IMG/VR virus record: IMGVR_UViG_3300021431_000086
Location: 1 to 64,000 of that record
DNA length: 64,000 nucleotides
Direction: 5' to 3' (one strand)
Source of the DNA: a virus
Taxonomy: Duplodnaviria > Caudoviricetes
Shown piece after piece: positions 18,743-27,456 of this stretch. Each line of letters begins with the position of its first letter. The stretch's first letter is position 1. Under the pieces are notes generated by a model. The model was not told where the DNA came from, searched no databases, and saw nothing but the letters and a program-made list of their open reading frames with translations. The translations under genes and the position numbers were made by a program.

Positions 18743-19189
18743 ATGGTAAACTTAGACGAAATGGCTGAGAAGTATCTCGTCGCCGTAGAAAAATCGAAAA
18801 GAGAGAACGACCCCGAATGGGACGGCACGACATTCACACGCGGCGATATGGAAACCTGCTTTGTTTGTGGAGCAACAGATTCGGAACTCCTGCAAGAAGG
18901 AGAAACAGGCACGTTCGGACAGGCAGTCGCTGCACTGAAGCGGGGCTTCAAGGTGGCGCGTCAGGGATGGAATGGTAAAGGCATGTGGCTTTGGCTGAAA
19001 CCAGAAGCGATGGTCAAGAGCGAGTGGTGTCACGACCCAGCACTGAAGGAGATTGCCGACAACAACGGCGGCGAGATTTATGCTGGCGGCTGCATCTGTC
19101 TGAAGACTGCACAAAACACCATCCAAAGCGGATGGAACCCGTCGCAGCAAGACGTGCTGGCCAACGACTGGGTGCTGGTTGTGAAGTGA
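18743..19189 (+). CDS. DUF2829 protein (Tad2-like anti-Thoeris sponge) with an N-terminal extension
   Basis: TFGQAVAALKRGFKVARQGWNGKGMWL...GWNPSQQDVLANDW. Confidence 0.85.
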   Translation: MVNLDEMAEKYLVAVEKSKRENDPEWDGTTFTRGDMETCFVCGATDSELLQEGETGTFGQAVAALKRGFKVARQGWNGKGMWLWLKPEAMVKSEWCHDPALKEIADNNGGEIYAGGCICLKTAQNTIQSGWNPSQQDVLANDWVLVVK

Positions 19190-19206
19190 AGTTCACAACC
19201 TGACGG

Positions 19207-19245
19207 CAAAACAAAGCGAGGGGCGGGCCTGACGGCTCGCCCCTC
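19207..19245. terminator. Terminator hairpin between convergent units (U tract on the minus strand)
   Basis: GAGGGGCGGGCC-TGAC-GGCTCGCCCCTC. Confidence 0.8.
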
Positions 19246-19403
19246 TATCTGCGCTGCGAAATGGCTATTTACCTATTTGCCCCGATCCTGCCGGTGTTTA
19301 TTTTATGTCGGATGCGCAGGCGCTGTCTTCAGAGTCCGACGCGAAGACCCAACCTTTAAGGACGTTCGGGAACACCATTTCCTCGGTGTGGTTCCGTAAC
19401 TGA
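19207..19403 (-). ncRNA. Candidate structured ncRNA of about 195 nt with an H-type pseudoknot
   Basis: TACCTTTG -7 box at 19409-19416, TTTG upstream, hairpins and a terminator. Confidence 0.5.
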
Positions 19404-19455
19404 TGGCACAAAGGTACAACTTTATTTTGAGTTACCAAAGCATTTGCCGGTTTTT

Positions 19456-20451
19456 TTACATCAAATTCTTCACATACCACTCGCACTTAAAACCTTTGCG
19501 AGGCTCGAAGTCCTTAAACTCCGAAATCTGGAATATCTGATGTTTGTTGCACCAATGCGCCATGTCCTTCTGCCATTCGGGAATGGGCCTGTGTGGATTG
19601 TCGGGGTCACGGTAGGGCTGGGCGTAGGGGTAGATGTTGGGTAGGTGCTTCTCGCGCTGTTCGTGGTTGCGTAGCCACCAGTAGTGTGTCCGCTCGTATG
19701 ACTCACGAAAGTCACTCTTGCCGCCTATCATCGTGTAGAGGAAGTATTCGCCACGGTAGCCGTAGCCGTTGATTAGGCTGATGGCCCGTTCGCACTCGGC
19801 AATCTGCCCGTGCGTGTCGCAACCGAAACGGATGCGCCGGTCTATCCACTTGACCTGTGCCAGCAGGCGGGCAAAGCGGTCATCGACCAGTCGGGCATCG
19901 AGGGCTTGGTTGAAGTCCACACGGTAGCCACGATGGATGATTTTCTCCAGCTGCTCAATGGCATAGTCTCCAGCCGCAAGGATGTTGTTATCCATCAGCA
20001 CCAGCTTCGTGCGTCCCTCGATGGCAATCTCGTCGCAGTCCATATAGGGACGGATGCGCCCCTCCTTCCTCGGCACGACGCACCACGGACATTTGTTCGG
20101 GCAGCCACGGGTGAGGAACCCGTAGGCGGTATCCTTCGGGAGGTTGGGGTAGATGGAGTAGTCGGGTTGCAGCCGGTCGATTTCTTCGGGTAGTTGGCTG
20201 TGGATGTCGTAGCCCGTGCCACCCCGCACGATGCGGTCGGCATCGTAGTAGGTCAGGTCGTCGGGCGAGAAGTTGAACACCTTCGCCATATACACCACGT
20301 CGTAGTGAAGGAACGGCACAGCCCACTCCACCTCGTCGTCCTGCTGCCTGTGCCACCGTGCGATCTTGCACAGCGCAAGGTTCGGATAAACCGTCGCACC
20401 CCATTTCTTCTTCTTCGCGTGCCCGTCGATGTCAACAAGTCCGATGCGCAT
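19456..20451 (-). CDS. Radical SAM protein with an N-terminal B12-binding-like segment
   Basis: PNLALCKI, TRGCPNKCPWC (CxxxCxxC), DNNIL and DFNQALDAR. Confidence 0.85.
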   Translation of the reverse strand: MRIGLVDIDGHAKKKKWGATVYPNLALCKIARWHRQQDDEVEWAVPFLHYDVVYMAKVFNFSPDDLTYYDADRIVRGGTGYDIHSQLPEEIDRLQPDYSIYPNLPKDTAYGFLTRGCPNKCPWCVVPRKEGRIRPYMDCDEIAIEGRTKLVLMDNNILAAGDYAIEQLEKIIHRGYRVDFNQALDARLVDDRFARLLAQVKWIDRRIRFGCDTHGQIAECERAISLINGYGYRGEYFLYTMIGGKSDFRESYERTHYWWLRNHEQREKHLPNIYPYAQPYRDPDNPHRPIPEWQKDMAHWCNKHQIFQISEFKDFEPRKGFKCEWYVKNLM

Positions 20452-20461
20452 GATGGGTACT

Positions 20462-20995
20462 TCATTTCTTCAACGTCTCAATATACTTCCCATATTTCTT
20501 CTCAATCCGTTTCAGGCAGAGGTAGGCGGTGTGGTATTCCGCTTCGTTGATGATGATTGTCTCCAAGCCGTGCGCCTTGTCGTTGAACATCACCTGCACC
20601 GTGAGGTCAAGCGCATCGTTCTTGTCGAACATCGGGCGCACAGTGAATCGTGCAATTACGCGGCATATTTTTTCGCGACTAAGCACGCGGTTCATCAACT
20701 TTTTCTTCCTACGTCGTGGCAACCGCCCTTGCCCCTGCATCAGGCGGCGGAAGAGTTTATTTTGTTCGGGTGTAGGTTCGATGGTTGCCGTGAAAGTCGT
20801 CGGGAATCCTCCCTTATTGCTCCGACCATCCTCGCCCTCCTGTGGTTCGTACCATTCCGCAAAGGCGATGTCGCCGACGTGCGGTGTCAGTTCCACCTCC
20901 TGCATCGGCGTATTCGGATTCTTTTCAAGGTCCTCGGCACGGCAAAAGTATAGTTTGCTGCCAAGTCCTGCGGGGTTCATGTTTTTTTCTCCCAT
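20462..20995 (-). CDS. Hypothetical protein
   Basis: ORF in the accessory array. Confidence 0.65.
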   Translation of the reverse strand: MGEKNMNPAGLGSKLYFCRAEDLEKNPNTPMQEVELTPHVGDIAFAEWYEPQEGEDGRSNKGGFPTTFTATIEPTPEQNKLFRRLMQGQGRLPRRRKKKLMNRVLSREKICRVIARFTVRPMFDKNDALDLTVQVMFNDKAHGLETIIINEAEYHTAYLCLKRIEKKYGKYIETLKK

Positions 20996-21011
20996 AGTTG
21001 TCTCTTATAGT

Positions 21012-21503
21012 TTATTCGTTTAATACCACATACTTTCCTTCTATTCCACAATTTCGCAACCGTTGGTCACATTCGTGGCCCCATGCTACGAGGCATGATC
21101 CGAAAAACGGTGATCCGCTGGTGCCGTCTGGACGCAGGAACTTCACCCTGTGACGCATGAACAACATGGAGGCTGCCGTCGGGAAGATGATATCCTGAAA
21201 CAAGAGATTGTCTTGCCGGTTCACCAACAATGCCATGCCGTTTCCGTGCCTTGACAACTTCTCCACAAAGGCCCGAAGCGGTGCCCTGCTGTAAGGCGGG
21301 TTCATCCATACGACTGCCGTGGAAGGCCATTCATGTGCCAGCCCGTCTTGCTCCTTGTTATAGCTCAGTGGGGCAATAGGGTAGGGCGGCTCCATCGGCG
21401 CACACGGGTCCAGGTCGAAAGGCCCCAATTCGTCGATAATCCATTTCGGAGTGTACCACTCATCGCTCGACACCATTTCATTCTTCTGCTGTCTCGTATC
21501 CAT
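21012..21503 (-). CDS. Phage DNA N6-adenine methyltransferase (Dam-like)
   Basis: DEWYTP, FDLDPCA, DGL and WMNPPY. Confidence 0.9.
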   Translation of the reverse strand: MDTRQQKNEMVSSDEWYTPKWIIDELGPFDLDPCAPMEPPYPIAPLSYNKEQDGLAHEWPSTAVVWMNPPYSRAPLRAFVEKLSRHGNGMALLVNRQDNLLFQDIIFPTAASMLFMRHRVKFLRPDGTSGSPFFGSCLVAWGHECDQRLRNCGIEGKYVVLNE

Positions 21504-21507
21504 TGGG

Positions 21508-22125
21508 TCAGTCCTCCGTAAATTTATCCTTGTTCCTATGATACACTACCAGCCAGCCGATGTTGTCGATGGCGCAGCACAGACCCCAGATGAACATGGC
21601 CACCTTTAGCGAGGGCATGAACAGCAGGGCGCAGACGTAGCCGGCGATGCAGTAGATGCCGCACACCACGTCGTTGTTGTTGTCATAGACCTCGCGTTCG
21701 TGCTCGTTCCACAGCTTCGGTCGGAACGTCATCAGGCACTTGCCAATGAACTCCGACACCAGCGTGCCGTAGAGTAGGCAGGCGATGGCCAGCACCCACA
21801 CGTTGTACTCCACGAAGCAGAGCCACATGCCGACGCAAAAGCCTGCTACCGACTCGATGATGCAGAGCACCGTGAACCACTGGATAGCCTTGCGGCGCAC
21901 CCAGCCTTTCCATATCATGCCGATAAACAGTCCGACCACGGAATAGACAAGCGACTGGAACGCGAGCCATTCTGCAGGCAGTTCCGTCACCCATGCCTTC
22001 GAGATAGCAGGTCCGACGTAGGCATCCAGCAGTCCGACGATAAACAGAGTAGATAGCGTCCACCGCTGGTTCTCGTCGGGGTGGATATTCAGCAGGTCAA
22101 GTAATCGCTTGAATAGTTTCTGCAT
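21508..22125 (-). CDS. Polytopic membrane protein (about 6 TM)
   Basis: Multiple hydrophobic segments. Confidence 0.7.
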   Translation of the reverse strand: MQKLFKRLLDLLNIHPDENQRWTLSTLFIVGLLDAYVGPAISKAWVTELPAEWLAFQSLVYSVVGLFIGMIWKGWVRRKAIQWFTVLCIIESVAGFCVGMWLCFVEYNVWVLAIACLLYGTLVSEFIGKCLMTFRPKLWNEHEREVYDNNNDVVCGIYCIAGYVCALLFMPSLKVAMFIWGLCCAIDNIGWLVVYHRNKDKFTED

Positions 22126-22129
22126 CGTG

Positions 22130-22534
22130 TCAGTCCTCCTTAATCTTTGGTTGCAGATACTCCAGGTTGCGGTTAATCATGCGGATGAGTGCCGTTTCGT
22201 GCTGCTTGAACTTGCGGGTGGCTTCGGCCTCGCTGTCAAGAGCTGTCACATCACACATGCTCCGCTTACAGCACGACAGCGTGTAGTGCAGGTCGCTCAT
22301 TTCGTGCTGGTCAACCTCATACTCGTAGTCGTAGGCCATATAGCCGCCGTCTTTGATGTCGGGGTACATCTCTCGCGGAATGGCTACCTTGAAGTCCTCG
22401 GGCGAAGCGGAGTAGTTGCGCCACTCGCCCCGTTCGTTCAACGTCGGTTTCTGCCCGATAAAGATGCGCAATCGCCCAGGCAGACAGCCCTGCGTGTTCT
22501 TGTCGCGGCAGATGAATAGTCTCGGTGCTCTCAT
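22130..22534 (-). CDS. Hypothetical protein
   Basis: ORF with the junction motif. Confidence 0.7.
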   Translation of the reverse strand: MRAPRLFICRDKNTQGCLPGRLRIFIGQKPTLNERGEWRNYSASPEDFKVAIPREMYPDIKDGGYMAYDYEYEVDQHEMSDLHYTLSCCKRSMCDVTALDSEAEATRKFKQHETALIRMINRNLEYLQPKIKED

Positions 22535-22537
22535 ACA

Positions 22538-23323
22538 TCAGTCCTCCTGCTTGTTTTTGTTACGTTCCTTGTCGAACGACTGCTTTCTGCGCTCCAAATA
22601 CTCATCAATCCAAGGCTGCATCACGTCGAGGTCACGCAGATAGACCTCCACCTCTCTCATGTGCGGCCTCTCGTCACCGAAGCTGTGCATGTCTATCTTG
22701 CCATAGGACATGCTGGCATCGGGACCAAAATTGTCGCGTATCATCTTCCGCAGCAACTTGAAGTTTTCGTCAGTGGCAAACATCGCTTCGCCGTCGCGGT
22801 CGTCGGTCAGTTCAAATCCCATCTTCCGTAAATCTTCCGCCCTACAACCTGAAATGTGCGTCGATAGGTTCATGTTGCCCTGCAGACACCCGAAATTGTC
22901 AAAGTGGATGTCACTGATGTAGCCGAAGCCGTGATAGTCGCCCCATTCGCGGAAAGCGCGGGCGATTGTCTTCATCTTCTCCCGTAAGTCCTCCAGCGAC
23001 ACTTTTTGACCGAGCTGCTGGCGCAGTTCCTCATTATCCATGTTGGCATTGCGTAGTTTGCGCACCAGGTCGTCGTGGTCTTTTGTTGCCTGGTCTTGGA
23101 AGCCCAGCGGTCGCAGCCCGTCGCGACTATAGGTCGCTATCAGGCTTGTCAACGTCTCACGCATTTCCTCCGTCAGTGTGTCCTTCGACACCCTGTCGAG
23201 AAGAAAACCAGCGGACTGGATTAGATCTTTCAGTGCTTTGGTTACTACCTTCTTGTCATCATCGTTCAGTTCGACAAGGTTCTTGTTCGGTTCTTTGCTC
23301 TCAAAAATCGGTCTTTCTTTCAT
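22538..23323 (-). CDS. Hypothetical protein (coiled-coil N-terminal half)
   Basis: ORF with the junction motif. Confidence 0.75.
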   Translation of the reverse strand: MKERPIFESKEPNKNLVELNDDDKKVVTKALKDLIQSAGFLLDRVSKDTLTEEMRETLTSLIATYSRDGLRPLGFQDQATKDHDDLVRKLRNANMDNEELRQQLGQKVSLEDLREKMKTIARAFREWGDYHGFGYISDIHFDNFGCLQGNMNLSTHISGCRAEDLRKMGFELTDDRDGEAMFATDENFKLLRKMIRDNFGPDASMSYGKIDMHSFGDERPHMREVEVYLRDLDVMQPWIDEYLERRKQSFDKERNKNKQED

Positions 23324-23622
23324 CACCAATCCTCCTTGTTTTTCTCGTTAAAAGCATCATTTAACTTACCACTCGCCGATGCCTCTGACATTTGGGCTGA
23401 GACATGAGTTGCGTTTCTTGCCGCAATAATATCCGTCATACGCTCCAGCATCATTTGCACGCCGTCCCTTATTCCTCTCTCGTAAAAGTTCAGCACAATA
23501 TCAGTAATTTTCCTGTCATCGACAAAGCCAGGAATCATCTTTTCTAATTCCTCCCTCTTGCTTTTGGCAAAGTTTTCAACGGCTTCGTCCTTCTTTGCTG
23601 AAGAAATAAAAAAATTGTTCAT
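23323..23622 (-). CDS. Hypothetical protein
   Basis: Start MNNFF follows GGAGGACTGA. Confidence 0.65.
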   Translation of the reverse strand: MNNFFISSAKKDEAVENFAKSKREELEKMIPGFVDDRKITDIVLNFYERGIRDGVQMMLERMTDIIAARNATHVSAQMSEASASGKLNDAFNEKNKEDW

Positions 23623-23626
23623 TTGG

Positions 23627-24088
23627 TCAGTCCTCCACAATGATTAAGTTTGCGTTGCCGTCGCTGAATGACTGCTTCTCGTTGTAGAAATGCTGCACGG
23701 CCACATCGTCAATGCTTGGCACAGTGCGGTACGAGGTAAAACCGTAGTTGGCCTTGTCGAGCCGCTTCTTCATTTCGTCAGCCGCTTCATCAAACGAGTG
23801 TGCCACGATGTAGAACTCTGCGAGTCGGTTCTTAATACGGTAGAGGTGCTTGTCGCGTCCGTCTGCAGGCATTTCCATCTTGTTGGCCAATCCAACAAGT
23901 CTTATCTCCTTGTCGTACTTCTGCATCAGCGTGTCGATGGTGTCCGTTGGTTCTACCCTGATTGTCGCACCGTTCCAGCGTAGAAATACGTCATCATCGG
24001 TCTCAACAGCCTTGCTGATTAGCGTCGGAAATACATTCTCCAGCGTCACGTCGCTCAGCTCACCTTCAAATAATAGTCTTTGTCTCAT
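23627..24088 (-). CDS. Hypothetical protein
   Basis: ORF in the array. Confidence 0.7.
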   Translation of the reverse strand: MRQRLLFEGELSDVTLENVFPTLISKAVETDDDVFLRWNGATIRVEPTDTIDTLMQKYDKEIRLVGLANKMEMPADGRDKHLYRIKNRLAEFYIVAHSFDEAADEMKKRLDKANYGFTSYRTVPSIDDVAVQHFYNEKQSFSDGNANLIIVED

Positions 24089-24311
24089 AATCGTATTCCT
24101 TTTAATTTATTTATTCTTGCGCCTTGTTTTTAATTACGATGGTGGTAATTGTTCGCTTCAAGTTCGGATTCTTGATGAAGCAATCCTCGAACTCGTCGCC
24201 GCACATACAAGAAAGACAGTGTTTGCATTTCGTGCAAATCTCTCGTTTCATTTTCATATCGCCAAATTTGTTTTTAATTCGTTAATACCATGCCTTGCGG
24301 CGTGAATTAGT

Positions 24312-24470
24312 CTAAAAATATATTCGATGTTTACATAATGGGCAAGTAATGTATCTAAGTGCGCTATTCCAATCTTCAGGCCTTGCACAATCTACCTCAA
24401 TATCATTGGAATTGTATTCGAGATTTGCGCCACAATGCTTGCAAGAAACTCTTCCTGATAACACTTTCAT
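24312..24470 (-). CDS. Small Zn-ribbon protein (CKHC...CPLC), not in the ORF track
   Basis: Manual translation: MKVLSGRVSCKHCGANLEY...ITCPLCKHRIYF*. Confidence 0.6.
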   Translation of the reverse strand: MKVLSGRVSCKHCGANLEYNSNDIEVDCARPEDWNSALRYITCPLCKHRIYF

Positions 24471-24483
24471 AGGTCAGTTCTCC

Positions 24484-25248
24484 TTATCTGATTGTGTCAA
24501 AGACCTTTCCTGCGATGTACTCCACTCTGCTGCCGGGCTTCACCTCGGGGAACAGCAGCGGGTTCAGCTCCACTTGGTTCGGGCTGCGGAAGTCGTGATT
24601 GTCGCCCCAATGCGGATAGGCAAAGTGCAGGAGCAGCTTGCCGTCACCGTCGCGGCTGACGTACAGTTTCGTCTTGTGGCCGGGGTCGTAGCGGAACTCG
24701 TTGCAGTCATCGGCCAGTTCGTTGCCGTCGGGACAGAAGCGGCGCAGCATCACCATCGTCAGCCCCGCCGACATGCCGCTGTGACCGGCATCGTTGAAAA
24801 TCTTGTAAGCCTTGCGCAGTCGCTCTATGCGGCTCAGCGTCTCGTCGCGCATCACCCTGGCGCAGTCGAGCACCTGGTCAAGCTCCATGCCACGGTAGAG
24901 GTCGCCGAGACGGATGGGCACTATCTTGTCCCAATACTCCAGTTCGCTCTCTATGATCACGCCGCGAGCCACCTTGCGGTAGTGCTCCGTCAGCTCGGGG
25001 ATGCGTGCCTTGTGCGCCTTCCACTTGGCTTCGTAGTCCTCCTTCCACTTCCTCAAGTACTCGTCGTTTTCGGCCTTTGTCTTGCCCGTGATGCGCAGAT
25101 AGGCATCGTCGTCGCTATCGGTCGAAAGCAGGTACTTGTCGTTGAACACGGCCTTCAACACCTCGCCGCTCTCGTCGGCAGCGGCCATTTCCCTTAAATC
25201 CTTCAGGCAGCTGTCAATCGTGCCGCCATACAATGTTACTTCTTTCAT
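24484..25248 (-). CDS. Hypothetical phage protein
   Basis: WDKIVPIRLGDLYRGMEL and GHSGMSA motifs, recalled from other phage proteins. Confidence 0.75.
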   Translation of the reverse strand: MKEVTLYGGTIDSCLKDLREMAAADESGEVLKAVFNDKYLLSTDSDDDAYLRITGKTKAENDEYLRKWKEDYEAKWKAHKARIPELTEHYRKVARGVIIESELEYWDKIVPIRLGDLYRGMELDQVLDCARVMRDETLSRIERLRKAYKIFNDAGHSGMSAGLTMVMLRRFCPDGNELADDCNEFRYDPGHKTKLYVSRDGDGKLLLHFAYPHWGDNHDFRSPNQVELNPLLFPEVKPGSRVEYIAGKVFDTIR

Positions 25249-25254
25249 ATCGCC

Positions 25255-25485
25255 TTATCCTTTGAATTGATAGAATGGAATCTCTTCCTTGTTTTCATAC
25301 ACGTCAGTTTCCTGTATCTTGCCATAGCGGACGCGCAGTCCACCGAGGTCGCGCTTGGCGTTGTCAGCCTTGATGTCGGCCAGTGTCTGCTCGGCCAGTT
25401 CGCGTGTGGCAAAGATCGCCACGCTGGTTTCCATCGTCACCGTGCCGTTCATCACGCTTTGAGTGAATGAATATACTTTTTCCAT
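25255..25485 (-). CDS. Hypothetical protein
   Basis: ORF in the array. Confidence 0.65.
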   Translation of the reverse strand: MEKVYSFTQSVMNGTVTMETSVAIFATRELAEQTLADIKADNAKRDLGGLRVRYGKIQETDVYENKEEIPFYQFKG

Positions 25486-25508
25486 AATCGTATTCCTTTT
25501 AAGTTATC

Positions 25509-25841
25509 TTACTTCTTTCGGCGATTTCTCGCTATCTCAAAGGCTCGCTGTATGCGCTGCAAGCCCTCTATGAGTTTCGGTTTGTCGGCCTCCATGCGCT
25601 GCCTTATCTCACGGGCGGAGCGGTTGCCGTCGGCACGCTCCTGCTCGGTGGTGTGGCTGTTGAGCCACTTGTTCCAGCAGTCCTTTGAACAGAAGAAGTG
25701 GCAGCCCTCGATGCCAAAGAGTATCGGCATCTTGAACACAAAGCCCTTCTGCTGTGCCTCTACGCCAGCCGCGCCGCCATCCTTCTCGCTGTCAAAGAGG
25801 TGCTTGCCGCACTCCTCGCAATGATACTGATGCTTTGCCAT
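25509..25841 (-). CDS. Zn-finger (CxxC...FCSxxC, TRASH/MYM-like) protein
   Basis: HCEECGK...HFFCSKDC. Confidence 0.65.
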   Translation of the reverse strand: MAKHQYHCEECGKHLFDSEKDGGAAGVEAQQKGFVFKMPILFGIEGCHFFCSKDCWNKWLNSHTTEQERADGNRSAREIRQRMEADKPKLIEGLQRIQRAFEIARNRRKK

Positions 25842-25845
25842 ACGC

Positions 25846-26238
25846 TTAATGTCGTTTAAGGAGTTTCGGATTGTCATGGATATTGCCGACCACCTCTGCC
25901 CATTCCTGCGTAGGAGCGTTGCAGGGAAATTCGTCATCGAGGTCGCCGTTCCACAGGAATGCAAACACACCACGCACAAAGCGCACTTCGAGCAAGGTCT
26001 TTTCCTCGCCCGCTCTGATGATGTCGCCGGCGTAGATTTCCTTTCCATTCTTGTCTCGGAAGGTGGAGAACTGACCTACGGTATCTTCCTTTACCGCCCT
26101 TTCTGCATATCCCACCTTGCCCTCGTCCGTAGGGTATGTGGTGAGAATGGCAGGATAATAGCCCAGACGTTGAATAAGGTCGCCGTATATCCATTCGCCA
26201 GTCTCAATATCCTTGCCACGGAATTTGATTGTTATCAT
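25846..26238 (-). CDS. YopX-family protein
   Basis: IKFRGK, WIYGDL, TVGQF, DKNGKEIYAGDI and EVVGNIHDNP. Confidence 0.9.
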   Translation of the reverse strand: MITIKFRGKDIETGEWIYGDLIQRLGYYPAILTTYPTDEGKVGYAERAVKEDTVGQFSTFRDKNGKEIYAGDIIRAGEEKTLLEVRFVRGVFAFLWNGDLDDEFPCNAPTQEWAEVVGNIHDNPKLLKRH

Positions 26239-26417
26239 AGTTTATTCTCCTTTCTTGCTTCTAATTCTTTTAACTTCGGATAATCTACAACCCATGAACA
26301 ACGGCCGTCACATGGGACAAAAGTGCCATGATACCTTGTACAGACATAACCATACCCTCGTGGACGTTCTCTCCAAGGGCACACCTCCATTCTGTCTTCA
26401 ATTTCTTCCTGTGTCAT
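26235..26417 (-). CDS. Small Cys-rich hypothetical protein
   Basis: ORF in the array. Confidence 0.6.
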   Translation of the reverse strand: MTQEEIEDRMEVCPWRERPRGYGYVCTRYHGTFVPCDGRCSWVVDYPKLKELEARKENKL

Positions 26418-26641
26418 ACTTCCATCATTTTATATTCACCAATACTGAATGCGTTTTCCGTCACATCGAGGTCGTCCCAAGTTTCTTCCCAACCATACCC
26501 ACGGGGACTGTAACACGCCACATGGAGGCGGTTGCCCTCACGGTCTATTGCCAGCACCTTGAACCACATCGGTTCCTTTCAGCCCGTCCATGCCTACTGG
26601 AAACGGTCGCCTACTTTCAATGCTACTTTTCTCTGTGCCAT
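26414..26641 (-). pseudogene. 75-codon gene interrupted by two in-frame stops (TAG at codon 16, TGA at codon 21)
   Basis: MAQRKVALKVGDRFQ*AWTG*KEPMWFKVLAIDREG...YKMMEV*; it fills the gap exactly between its neighbours. Confidence 0.65.
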
Positions 26642-26643
26642 AA

Positions 26644-26856
26644 TTATTTCTCCTTGAAATATACACACCCGTTGGCAAGTGTATGTTTGTTTACGTGATG
26701 TTTCACTTGCTTGCAATATGTGCCACCCATGTAGAAGTAGCAGTCCTTGCAAGTGCGTTTGGGAGGCGGCGGTACATCTGGCATGTGCCGATGCTCTGCG
26801 GCATCTGCCATCCCAACCATAGCCGAAGCCATCAGGTAGAGTAGGTTTTTTTTCAT
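26644..26856 (-). CDS. Small Cys-rich hypothetical protein
   Basis: TCKDC...C...C. Confidence 0.6.
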   Translation of the reverse strand: MKKNLLYLMASAMVGMADAAEHRHMPDVPPPPKRTCKDCYFYMGGTYCKQVKHHVNKHTLANGCVYFKEK

Positions 26857-27098
26857 AATCCGTGAAATTCGTGGTTTCCTTCTTTCTCTACAGCCAAGGG
26901 TCGCATGGCCTTGCACATATCATCCACGCTTGCCTTGCCGGAATTTGCAAATTCAGAAATCCGCAGGGCAATCCGGTATTCCGCAAAGTCGCGCAGGGCA
27001 TCCCAGATTTCATCTTCGCTCACACGGAAACCTTCTGCCCATTCTGTCACCTGTTCACACACACGGCTTCGCAGACGTATCTCTTCAATTTTATTCAT
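26853..27098 (-). CDS. Hypothetical protein
   Basis: ORF in the array. Confidence 0.6.
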   Translation of the reverse strand: MNKIEEIRLRSRVCEQVTEWAEGFRVSEDEIWDALRDFAEYRIALRISEFANSGKASVDDMCKAMRPLAVEKEGNHEFHGL

Positions 27099-27435
27099 GA
27101 CTTGTTTCTCCTTCCTTCTCCTTGTTCAGTTCCCTCAGCAATGCGTCGGTGAATGTCACTGCCATTTGTGCGGCTGCCTCTGCGGTGGTCTTGGCTTCCA
27201 CCTTGCCACCGGCGAGCAGCACCTGGTTGACGGTCTCGATGCACTTGGGCAATGCCATCCCTGCAAGCATCGTGCGCATCGTCTGTTTATCGGCGCACTC
27301 ATGTGGCGGTGTCTTGCAACCGCCGTAGAGGTACACGCCATTGAAGTTGCAGAAGGTCGGCTCGTCCACCTTCATAATTTCGTGGTAAGCCTGGGCGATG
27401 CCCATGCCACACTTCACTGATTTTGATTCTTTCAT
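27091..27435 (-). CDS. Hypothetical protein
   Basis: AAQMAVTFTDALLREL C-terminal motif, common in phage proteins. Confidence 0.65.
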   Translation of the reverse strand: MKESKSVKCGMGIAQAYHEIMKVDEPTFCNFNGVYLYGGCKTPPHECADKQTMRTMLAGMALPKCIETVNQVLLAGGKVEAKTTAEAAAQMAVTFTDALLRELNKEKEGETSHE

Positions 27436-27456
27436 AGGTTCTATTCGTTACATTAT

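Noticed and set aside
19290-19400. Hammerhead or HDV-like ribozyme
   Set aside because: CUGAAGA is present, but there is no correctly placed GAAA or stem III and no HDV P3/L3. Kept only as an unclassified pseudoknot.
26579-26596. Genome-wide stop-codon reassignment (TAG=Gln or TGA=Trp)
   Set aside because: rep, MazG, the adaptor and the protease end cleanly in TAG, and many genes end in TGA. Coding density under the standard code is high.
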